NCBI GenBank assembly: GCA_035530555.1
Contig: DATKUR010000003.1
Span: 19,184 to 83,183 of the forward strand
Source of the DNA: Candidatus Humimicrobiaceae bacterium
Lineage (GTDB): Bacteria > Patescibacteriota > Minisyncoccia > Minisyncoccales > DG-74-1
Length of the DNA: 64,000 bases
Direction: 5' to 3'
The notes under the pieces were generated by a model, which was not told the DNA's origin, made no database searches, and saw nothing but the letters and a program-made list of their open reading frames with translations. The translations under genes and the position numbers were made by a program. This document shows, piece by piece, positions 20,195 through 27,263 of this stretch. Numbering within the stretch: position 1 is the first letter of the stretch; every line of letters starts with the position of its first letter.

Positions 20195-21883
20195 ATGGAG
20201 GAACTCTTATCTAACAAATCAGGAAAAAAAATCATTTTACTTGGAAATGAAGCGATTGTCAGGGGCGCCCTCGAATCGGGCGTTCAGTTTGTTTCTACTT
20301 ATCCCGGAACCCCCTCTTCAGAAATTGGCAACACTTTCTTTAAAATTGCCCCTAAAACCGGGGTCTATTTTGAATTCTCTACCAATGAAAAAGTAGCTTT
20401 AGAAGCAGCTATCGGTGCTTCTTTTTCCGGACTGAAGACTTTGATGGCCATGAAAAATTTCGGGACAAATGTTGCCTTAGACGCCTTACTCCCTTTTGTC
20501 TATACGGGAACTAAAGCTCCGACAGTAATAATATCTGCTGATGATCCTTCCTGTCACAGTTCAGCTCAATCAGAAGAGAATACCAGGGGGATTTCTTATT
20601 TGGCGCATATTCCAACCTTAGAGCCGGCCGATCCGCAAGAATGTAAGGATTTTGTTAAATTAGGTTTCCAGATTTCAGAAAAGTTTAAAATTCCGGTAAT
20701 GATAAGAACGACCACCAGGGTGGCTCATCAAAGAGGCATAGTAACCTTGAATAAAGTCCAATTCTCAAAATCAAAAACCCCAAAAGGCAGATTTATTAAA
20801 GATTATAAAAAGTTTGTTACTCTGCCCCCGAGAGTTATGGAAATGAAAACAGAACTTTTAGAAAAACTTGAGAAAATAAAAGATTTTGCTGAGAAATCCC
20901 ATATCAACAAACAGTCATCAAGAAAATCGAACTACGGTATTATTACGTCGGGCATATCTTATTTATATGTAATGGAAGCGTTGAAGGAGTTGAATTTAGA
21001 TTTACCAGTTTTAAAACTGGGATTTTTTTATCCTTTGCCAGAAAAGAAAATTAAAAACTTTATTAGCCGAGCCTCTCGCCAGAGAGGCAAGGCTAGAGAT
21101 GAGGGCTTTACTCTTAGCGATCAAAAGCTTAAGAAAATCTTGATAGTTGAAGAATTAGAGCCATTTTTAGAAAAAGAAGTCAAGATATTGGCTAAAGAAG
21201 TAAATTGTAAATTAGAAGTGGTTGGTAAAAAGTTAATTTCCGAAGTCAACGAATTAAAACCCGGGATTGTCACCTCGGCTGTTGCTAAATTTACAAACAG
21301 AAAATACAAAATGCCATCTGTTAAATTAAAAATACAAGCTCCTAAACGTTTTCCTCAGCTTTGTCCCGGCTGCCCTTACTGGCTGGTTATTTCAGCTGTA
21401 AAAAAGGCAGTTGATACAAAAAATGTTATTTTTGGAGGAGAAATTGGCTGCTATATGCTCTTTGGTAACCCGCCGGTTGACCTTCAGGATTATTTATCTT
21501 GTATGGGTTCTTCAGTCGGTATCGCTCACGGAATTAAAAAATCTACCGGACAAAAGGTAATTGCTTTTGTCGGCGATTCCTCTTTTTTTCATTCCGGTAT
21601 TCCGCCTTTAATTAATACTGTTTTTAATAAATCAAATCCCTTAATAATAATTTTGAATAACGAAACGACTGCTATGACCGGCCACCAGCCTCATCCTGGC
21701 GCTCCGGTCACTCCCAACGGAATTAATATTGAAAATATTGTCAGGGGTTGCGGGGTGAAATACGTAAAAACGCTTGACCCCGTAAATCAGGAAGAATTTG
21801 TTCAAACCGTAAAAGAATTTTTAGAGAAACCGGAGGTTTCAGTAATAATTTCTAAAAGAGCATGTATTCAGATAAAAAAATAA
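20195..21883 (+). CDS. iorA: indolepyruvate/2-oxoacid:ferredoxin oxidoreductase alpha subunit
   Basis: LLGNEAIVRGALESGVQFVSTYPGTPSSEI and a TPP-binding CPGCPY segment. The C-terminal ferredoxin domain appears to be absent. Confidence 0.75.
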   Translation: MEELLSNKSGKKIILLGNEAIVRGALESGVQFVSTYPGTPSSEIGNTFFKIAPKTGVYFEFSTNEKVALEAAIGASFSGLKTLMAMKNFGTNVALDALLPFVYTGTKAPTVIISADDPSCHSSAQSEENTRGISYLAHIPTLEPADPQECKDFVKLGFQISEKFKIPVMIRTTTRVAHQRGIVTLNKVQFSKSKTPKGRFIKDYKKFVTLPPRVMEMKTELLEKLEKIKDFAEKSHINKQSSRKSNYGIITSGISYLYVMEALKELNLDLPVLKLGFFYPLPEKKIKNFISRASRQRGKARDEGFTLSDQKLKKILIVEELEPFLEKEVKILAKEVNCKLEVVGKKLISEVNELKPGIVTSAVAKFTNRKYKMPSVKLKIQAPKRFPQLCPGCPYWLVISAVKKAVDTKNVIFGGEIGCYMLFGNPPVDLQDYLSCMGSSVGIAHGIKKSTGQKVIAFVGDSSFFHSGIPPLINTVFNKSNPLIIILNNETTAMTGHQPHPGAPVTPNGINIENIVRGCGVKYVKTLDPVNQEEFVQTVKEFLEKPEVSVIISKRACIQIKK

Positions 21884-21995
21884 GCCCCGTTAGAAGTTTG
21901 CCGGGGTCAAACATGTTAAAACTTGAACAATTACTTTATTTTGTTAAACTCGTGCCAAAAAAGAACCTTCCAGTCTTTTTGGGCGGATAATACAT

Positions 21996-22583
21996 ATGCA
22001 AACTTCTAACGGGGTAGACCAATTTAATATGGTAATAGTTGGTACAGGTGGGCAAGGATTAATCACTCTTTTGCAGATTATTGCTGAAGCTGCTTTATTT
22101 GAAGGGCTTGACATAAAGACTTCTGAGCTTCACGGCTTATCTCAAAGAGGTGGCTCTGTCGAGGTTCATATCAAGCTTGGCAAGAAAGTTTACTCTCCCT
22201 TAATACCTCAAGGAAGAGCTGATTTGGTTTTGGGACTGGAAATGCAGGAAACTTTGCGGGCAGTCAATTTCGCCAATCAAAAAACAAAGCTTTTAATCAA
22301 CAGACATATTATCCCTATTCCCTTGGTAAAAAATCTGGCCGAGAAAGAAATTTTAGACAGCTTAAAGAAGATTAGTAAGAACATTAATCTGATTTCGGCA
22401 TCGGAAATCTGTAAAGAAAAACTTGGTAGTGACGTGGTCTCTGGGATCTATTTAATGAGCTTGGCTGTTTTTAAAGGACTAATTCCGATTAAACCGAGTT
22501 CTATTGAAAAAGCGATTAAAAAAATAATTCCCGATAAATATCTGGGATTAAACCTTAAAACCTTCAATTTAGCGAAAAGCTAA
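21996..22583 (+). CDS. iorB: indolepyruvate/2-oxoacid:ferredoxin oxidoreductase beta/gamma-type subunit
   Basis: MVIVGTGGQGLITLLQIIAEAALFEGLDIKTSELHGLSQRGGSV. Confidence 0.75.
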   Translation: MQTSNGVDQFNMVIVGTGGQGLITLLQIIAEAALFEGLDIKTSELHGLSQRGGSVEVHIKLGKKVYSPLIPQGRADLVLGLEMQETLRAVNFANQKTKLLINRHIIPIPLVKNLAEKEILDSLKKISKNINLISASEICKEKLGSDVVSGIYLMSLAVFKGLIPIKPSSIEKAIKKIIPDKYLGLNLKTFNLAKS

Positions 22584-22588
22584 CCTAA

Positions 22589-22614
22589 AGGTTCGAATCC
22601 CATCCCTGGAGCCA
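22589..22614 (+). repeat. repeat copy A: tRNA 3'-end-like fragment (T-loop GGTTCGAATCC + CCATCCCTGGAG + CCA)
   Basis: The sequence AGGTTCGAATCCCATCCCTGGAGCCA lies at the iorB stop. No cloverleaf can be folded upstream. Confidence 0.6.
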
Positions 22615-22687
22615 ACAGGAACACTTTCCTTAGTCAGTACTTTCTGTTATGCTTAGAGAATAATTAACTAATTAATAAAACACATAT

Positions 22688-22810
22688 ATGGCAAAAAGAA
22701 GCACGGGACTAGATAAACATAGAAAAACACATTCCCATAAAACCAAGAAGCGATTAGAAATAAAGCGGCTTATGCTTGAAGCCAAGGCAAACAAAAGAAA
22801 GCATAAATAA
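22688..22810 (+). CDS. hypothetical 40-aa highly basic small protein
   Basis: MAKRSTGLDKHRKTHSHKTKKRLEIKRLMLEAKANKRKHK. It is followed by motif copy B and a terminator, and has no clear SD sequence. Confidence 0.3.
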   Translation: MAKRSTGLDKHRKTHSHKTKKRLEIKRLMLEAKANKRKHK

Positions 22811-22822
22811 AGTTTATTAAAA

Positions 22823-22845
22823 ACAGGGTCTAACATCGTCCCTCC
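22823..22845 (+). repeat. repeat copy B (ACAGGGTCTAACATCGTCCCTCC)
   Basis: Matches the family consensus ACAGGTTCTAAC[AG]TCGTCC. Confidence 0.6.
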
Positions 22846-22898
22846 GCCAGCTGGCGTCGGGGGAGCACTTCGACAAGCTCAGTGTAAACCATAATTTT

Positions 22899-22924
22899 CC
22901 GCCTATTTATTTAGGCGGTTTTTT
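22899..22924 (+). terminator. rho-independent terminator
   Basis: CCGCCTATTTATTTAGGCGG hairpin followed by TTTTTT. Confidence 0.7.
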
Positions 22925-22953
22925 AATATTTTTATATCTGTGGATAAATGCTC

Positions 22954-23009
22954 TTGACAATATATTAGAATAATATAACATTAAGTTAGGTCGATATAAC
23001 ATAATGTTA
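22954..23009 (+). promoter_or_regulatory. promoter/operator-like region upstream of the DUF2975-XRE module
   Basis: TTGACA at 22954-22959. Direct repeats ATATAACAT at 22973-22981 and 22994-23002, and an inverted repeat AACATTA/TAATGTT at 22977-22983 and 23002-23008. Confidence 0.35.
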
Positions 23010-23038
23010 CAATTAAATAACTAAATTGATTAAAAAAT

Positions 23039-23476
23039 ATGAAAAAAGATAAAATCCGTTTAATTTTAATAACGACGGGAACAATTTTACTACTGATTGC
23101 CTTGGCATTATACGGATACACGGCCCTTATAAAAAAAGAAGCAACTCCTAGAGGGTTAATTCCCATTTTAATTCCATTGATTGTTATTATTTTTATGATG
23201 TTTTTCATTGGTAAAAGATACAAAGACGTAAAAGAAGGCATGCCTATGGAAGACGAAAGATCCAAAAAGGTCATAACGCAGGCCGCGGCCAAAAGTTTTT
23301 ATTTTTCGTTATACTGGCTGCTTGCGATTTCCTGGTTTGAACCCTTTTTTGCTAGAGTATTGTTCGGTGGGGAAAAACTAGATGCTGGTCAGACTGTGGG
23401 CGGCGGGATCGCCGGCATGGCAATTTTCTTTTTTATATTTTGGTTTTATTACGATAAAAAAGGCAAGTTAATTTAA
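23039..23476 (+). CDS. DUF2975-like small membrane protein
   Basis: A 145-aa protein with 3-4 TM segments, placed immediately upstream of a YozG-like HTH. This pairing is conserved elsewhere. Confidence 0.55.
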   Translation: MKKDKIRLILITTGTILLLIALALYGYTALIKKEATPRGLIPILIPLIVIIFMMFFIGKRYKDVKEGMPMEDERSKKVITQAAAKSFYFSLYWLLAISWFEPFFARVLFGGEKLDAGQTVGGGIAGMAIFFFIFWFYYDKKGKLI

Positions 23477-23482
23477 TCCACC

Positions 23483-23677
23483 ATGAAAAACAGGATAAAA
23501 GAATTCAGGGCAAAATATGATTTGACCCAGGAAGATCTGGCAAAGAAAGTCGGCGTAAGGCGGGAAACGATCGTTTATTTAGAGCAGAACAAATACAACC
23601 CGTCTCTTAATCTTGCTCACGACGTAGTCAAAGCGTTGAAAACAACGATTGACGAGCTATTTGATTTTAGGGATTAA
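23483..23677 (+). CDS. XRE-family (Cro/C1, HTH_26, YozG-like) transcriptional regulator
   Basis: [55 protein letters not shown]. Confidence 0.85.
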   Translation: MKNRIKEFRAKYDLTQEDLAKKVGVRRETIVYLEQNKYNPSLNLAHDVVKALKTTIDELFDFRD

Positions 23678-23700
23678 AATAATAGATAGTGATATTGTAA

Positions 23701-23724
23701 ACAGGTTCTAACGTCGTCCGTCCC
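23701..23724 (+). repeat. repeat copy C (ACAGGTTCTAACGTCGTCCGTCCC)
   Basis: Family consensus copy, immediately after the XRE gene. Confidence 0.6.
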
Positions 23725-23740
23725 CCGGAGCCCCAATTTC

Positions 23741-23769
23741 CCGCCGCTTTCTCAAGAAGGCGGTTTTTT
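23741..23769 (+). terminator. rho-independent terminator
   Basis: CCGCC...GGCGG stem followed by TTTTTT. Its 3' half, CAAGAAGGCGGTTTTTT, is repeated at 25829-25846. Confidence 0.6.
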
Positions 23770-23783
23770 GGTAGAATAGGATA

Positions 23784-24749
23784 ATGGAAATTAAAGAAAT
23801 CAAAATAGAAAATTTAGACCCCAAGGAATTTATAAGAGAAAAGATAGAAGAGATTTCTTCTATTATGGGGAATGATTTGGCCATTAACGCTTTGTCTGGT
23901 GGTGTTGACTCTTCAACCGTGACAATGTTGGGTCACAAAGCCTTAGGCGATAAACTTAAGACATATTTTATTGACAATGGATTAATGAGACAGAATGAAC
24001 CTCAGCAGATTGCTTCAGCCTTTAAGAGCTTGGGTGTTCAGGTGGAGATAATTAATGCTCAAGAAAAATTTTTTAGTGCCTTAAAAGACATAAGAAACCC
24101 AGAAGAAAAAAGAGAAGCTATTACCCAAACATTTTATAAAGATGTATTTGGTAAGCTTGTAATAGAAAACGATGCTAAATATCTTCTACAAGGAACTATT
24201 TTAACTGACATAGATGAAACTATCGCTAGCATCAAGAGACAGCATAATGTTTTTGAACAACTGGGCATTGATCCCGAAAGAGTATTTGGATATAAGATTA
24301 TAGAACCTTTAATACAGCTTCGAAAGGATGGAGTAAGAAAGGTAGCTGAGGCAATTGGATTGCCAGAATCTATATATAATAGAATGCCCTTTTGTGGTCC
24401 AGCCTTGGCTGCAAGAGTAATTGGAGAAGTAACCCCCGAAAGAATAGAGGTTGTAAGAAAGGCCACCGCTATTATTGAAAACGAGTTAAGCAATACTAAT
24501 TCTTTTCAGTATATGGCAATTTTACATAATGATAGAGTTACGGGGATACGAAACGGAAAAAGAGACTTCGGTTTCCAAATCGAACTTAGGTGCTGGGATA
24601 GCATTGACGCAAGAACAGCAATTCCGACTAGATTGCCTTATAATACTTTGGAGCAATTAGCTCAAAAAATAACAACTGAAATTCTTGGTGTAGTAAGTGT
24701 AACCTACAATATAACTCCGAAACCTCCTTCAACCATGGAAGCTGTTTAA
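23784..24749 (+). CDS. guaAB: GMP synthase subunit B (PP-loop ATP pyrophosphatase; archaeal-type split GuaA)
   Basis: SGGVDSS PP-loop, FIDNGLMR, a C-terminal dimerisation domain ending KPPSTMEAV, a length of 321 aa, and no glutamine amidotransferase domain. Confidence 0.8.
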   Translation: MEIKEIKIENLDPKEFIREKIEEISSIMGNDLAINALSGGVDSSTVTMLGHKALGDKLKTYFIDNGLMRQNEPQQIASAFKSLGVQVEIINAQEKFFSALKDIRNPEEKREAITQTFYKDVFGKLVIENDAKYLLQGTILTDIDETIASIKRQHNVFEQLGIDPERVFGYKIIEPLIQLRKDGVRKVAEAIGLPESIYNRMPFCGPALAARVIGEVTPERIEVVRKATAIIENELSNTNSFQYMAILHNDRVTGIRNGKRDFGFQIELRCWDSIDARTAIPTRLPYNTLEQLAQKITTEILGVVSVTYNITPKPPSTMEAV

Positions 24750-24835
24750 CTATTTTTTCTTTAAAATAGCTTCTAAAATCATCTAGCCAAAGGAATTAAA
24801 GTTGATTTTTCAATCCCAAATCCTTCCAAAAACCA

Positions 24836-24862
24836 AGTTCTAATATTGTACCATCCCTGGAG
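24836..24862 (+). repeat. repeat copy D (AAGTTCTAATATTGTACCATCCCTGGAG), diverged
   Basis: Shares GTTCTAA and CCATCCCTGGAG with copy A and aligns with copy C. Confidence 0.5.
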
Positions 24863-24871
24863 TAGGCTTGT

Positions 24872-24920
24872 GCTCGGTTCTTGTGACCGAGCCGCCCCGA
24901 AAGTTTTCTCGGGGTTTTGT
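24872..24920 (+). terminator. tandem hairpins/terminator after guaAB
   Basis: GCTCGGTTCTTGTGACCGAGC followed by CCCCGAAAGTTTTCTCGGGG and TTTTGTGTT. Confidence 0.6.
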
Positions 24921-24940
24921 GTTAAAATACCTAATATACT

Positions 24941-25216
24941 ATGATTGATATTATTTTATCGTTGATTGGCGGAATCATTATAGGTTGTTTAATTAAACTG
25001 AAAGAATCTCAGAAAATTTTACTTGAAAGGAGTTATACTGTTGTAATTTTCTTATTGATTTTTTTTATGGGATTAGCGGTCGGTTTAAACAAATCTATTT
25101 TCCAGAATTTGCCTAAAATTGGTGGATACGCAATATTGTTTTCAATCTTTACAATTATTGGAAGTATTGCTGGGGTAATTATTTTAGAGAAAACAAAAAT
25201 AACGAGATTAAAATGA
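24941..25216 (+). CDS. LysO/DUF340-family small membrane protein (N-terminal piece of a split pair)
   Basis: A 91-aa protein with 2-3 TM segments that overlaps the next gene by 4 nt. The pairing resembles two-gene DUF340 modules. Confidence 0.45.
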   Translation: MIDIILSLIGGIIIGCLIKLKESQKILLERSYTVVIFLLIFFMGLAVGLNKSIFQNLPKIGGYAILFSIFTIIGSIAGVIILEKTKITRLK

Positions 25217-25812
25217 TAGTCTTAATTTTATCTGCATTGGTTATTGGGATAGGAATGGCTTTCTTTAATTTGACCCCTCCTGGTTTAATTAATTACATAG
25301 ACTCAATCTTGAGGTTTCTGCTAATTATTTTATTGTTTCTTGTTGGAATTGATATTGGAACTAATAAGAAAGCCATATTCGGGCTTAAAAAAATGGGCTT
25401 TAGAATATTGCTTATTCCTGCAGTCATAATTGCGGGGAGCTTGACCGGGGGATTATTATTGAGTTTCTTTATAAACTTTTCTATTTTTAAATCATTGGCG
25501 ATAGCTTCGGGAATGGGTTATTATACTTTATCAAGTATAATTTTAACTCAAATGGTTGGTAGTGAATTGGGAACAATGGCATTCCTGTCGAATATTATAA
25601 GAGAAATTTTGACAATTATCATTACTCCTTTTATTTCGAAGAAAAGCCAGCTATCGCCGATTGCGGCCGGTGGAGCAACATCAATGGATACGACCCTTCC
25701 TGTAATCGTTAGATTTACTTCAAAAACAGTTGGACTGATTTCAATAATTAGCGGAGTTATTATTACTTTTTTGGTTCCGTTATTAGTTACTTTTTTTGCA
25801 GGATTAATATAG
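25213..25812 (+). CDS. LysO/DUF340-family membrane protein (large piece)
   Basis: A 199-aa multi-TM protein with Gly-rich helices; the call rests on family resemblance only. Confidence 0.45.
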   Translation: MIVLILSALVIGIGMAFFNLTPPGLINYIDSILRFLLIILLFLVGIDIGTNKKAIFGLKKMGFRILLIPAVIIAGSLTGGLLLSFFINFSIFKSLAIASGMGYYTLSSIILTQMVGSELGTMAFLSNIIREILTIIITPFISKKSQLSPIAAGGATSMDTTLPVIVRFTSKTVGLISIISGVIITFLVPLLVTFFAGLI

Positions 25813-25860
25813 TATTTATTCCATATCGCCAAGAAGGCGGTTTTTTGCTAAAATGAAAGC

Positions 25861-26367
25861 ATGAAAATAATTGGTATATCTGGAAGCCCCAGAGACAAAA
25901 ATACAAATTATATGTTGAGGACAGTTCTTGACGCAACTAATCAAAAGTACGAATTAATTCTTTTGAAAGATAAAAAAATTCAACCCTGTAATGCCTGTAG
26001 AAAATGCTCTGGAACTAATAATTGTATTATCAATGACGATATGCAGGAAATATATAAGAAATTATCAGAGGCAAATATCATTGTTTTGGGAAGTCCAACT
26101 TATTTTGATAATGTTACCGGAATAATGAAGAATTTCATTGATAGATGCCTGCCCTTTTATGCTGCTAGAAAATTAGAAGGTAAAAAAGTGGCCTTAGTTA
26201 CAGTTGGGAATGGCGATGATAATTCTGTAAAAGGATGCATAAGAGCATTAGAGGGTTTTTGTAAACATATGAGGCTCCAGATCGTTGAAAGCGTTTATGC
26301 AACCCATGACAATACTCAAGCCAAAGAAGAAGAGTTAATTCAATTAGGGGGAAAACTTACTTTTTAG
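25861..26367 (+). CDS. iron-sulfur flavoprotein / NADPH-dependent FMN reductase family
   Basis: MKIIGISGSPRDKNTNYML, a flavodoxin-like fold, and a compact Cys motif CNACRKCSGTNNC. Confidence 0.75.
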   Translation: MKIIGISGSPRDKNTNYMLRTVLDATNQKYELILLKDKKIQPCNACRKCSGTNNCIINDDMQEIYKKLSEANIIVLGSPTYFDNVTGIMKNFIDRCLPFYAARKLEGKKVALVTVGNGDDNSVKGCIRALEGFCKHMRLQIVESVYATHDNTQAKEEELIQLGGKLTF

Positions 26368-26401
26368 TTGTTCTTATTTGCGGAGTTTTTTTATTCCAGA
26401 T

Positions 26402-26423
26402 AGATTCTAACGTCGTCCGTCCC
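26402..26423 (+). repeat. repeat copy E (AGATTCTAACGTCGTCCGTCCC)
   Basis: Family consensus copy, after the flavoprotein gene. Confidence 0.6.
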
Positions 26424-26466
26424 TCGGAGTCGCAAATTTTACGACTCGGAGGCCTTGATTTTTTTT
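26422..26466 (+). terminator. rho-independent terminator
   Basis: An 11-bp stem CCTCGGAGTCG/CGACTCGGAGG followed by a T-run. Confidence 0.75.
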
Positions 26467-26512
26467 ATAGAATATTTTATATCTAAATAAGAAGATTGCA
26501 CCCTTAAAAATT

Positions 26513-26575
26513 GAAAATGGGCGTAGATCTATCGAATAAACTAAGGAGGGTTAAGAAAATGGGCGTAGATCTATC
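26513..26575 (+). repeat. tandem direct repeat (21 nt GAAAATGGGCGTAGATCTATC repeated, period 42 nt) spanning the gene start
   Basis: Two perfect copies at 26513-26533 and 26555-26575. The second copy is preceded by AGGAGG. Confidence 0.8.
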
Positions 26576-27083
26576 TAACAAACCATGTGAAGTTGAAATG
26601 TATTGGCGGGGTAGCGAGGAATATATCCCTGAATTCTGGAAAAAAGAAGAACGAAAAGCAAGAAAAGAACATGAATGCTGTGAATGTAGAAGGACGATTC
26701 CAATTAGATCAAGATATCTTTATTTTGTCGGCAAGTGGCTTGATCCAGTCTGGGGGGAACCATTTTTTGACAACTACAAGATGTGTCTTAGTTGCGGCAG
26801 AGACTGGCAAACAGTAATAGCAGTATTTCAAGAAAACGGAGAAGAAGATGCCTGCGTTGTTTTTGAGAGACTTGAGAAAGCGATTAAGAATGCTTTTGAA
26901 TGCGGCTTTCTCAAAGAATATGACCCGCTGGTTCAAAGATGGCTCCCGGATGTTATTGAGTCCCAAACAGAAGAGGAAGCAGAAGTCAATCTTTGGAAAG
27001 CAATAGAAATTTCTGCTGTAAGGAAAGGGTTACAACCAGTTCTTCCCGGACTATTCAAAACAGGTCCCCTAACAGCGAGTTAG
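26559..27083 (+). CDS. hypothetical Cys-rich protein (putative zinc ribbon)
   Basis: HECCECRR...CLSCG. The start was chosen at the second ATG (26559), which has an upstream AGGAGG. The ORF extends to a TTG at 26511 and an ATG at 26517. Confidence 0.5.
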   Translation: MGVDLSNKPCEVEMYWRGSEEYIPEFWKKEERKARKEHECCECRRTIPIRSRYLYFVGKWLDPVWGEPFFDNYKMCLSCGRDWQTVIAVFQENGEEDACVVFERLEKAIKNAFECGFLKEYDPLVQRWLPDVIESQTEEEAEVNLWKAIEISAVRKGLQPVLPGLFKTGPLTAS

Positions 27084-27093
27084 GGGACTTTTT
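27064..27093 (+). terminator. rho-independent terminator
   Basis: GTCCCCTAA...TTAGGGGAC hairpin followed by TTTTT, overlapping the stop codon. Confidence 0.75.
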
Positions 27094-27147
27094 ATTTACT
27101 AAATATTCTCAAACCAAATCTATTATCTTAAGTCAAATAGTTAATAG

Positions 27148-27177
27148 ACAGGTTCTAACATCGTCCATTAGGGGACC
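27148..27177 (+). repeat. repeat copy F (ACAGGTTCTAACATCGTCC + ATTAGGGGACC)
   Basis: Family consensus copy. Its tail repeats the TTAGGGGAC of the preceding terminator. Confidence 0.6.
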
Positions 27178-27263
27178 CTTCGATGCGACTCAGGATAAAC
27201 CCTGTCGAAAACCAAAAAATCGTCCCTAAGGCGATTTTAAAATATAATTTAATTCGTTAGGAG

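Noticed and set aside
22541-22614. A complete tRNA gene ending in GGTTCGAATCCCATCCCTGGAGCCA at the iorB stop
   Set aside because: Only the T-loop and acceptor 3' half are tRNA-like. The 74 nt upstream cannot form a D-arm, an anticodon arm or a paired T-stem (AAAGG vs CCCAT), and they lie inside the iorB coding sequence. It is treated as a tRNA-3'-end-like repeat fragment.
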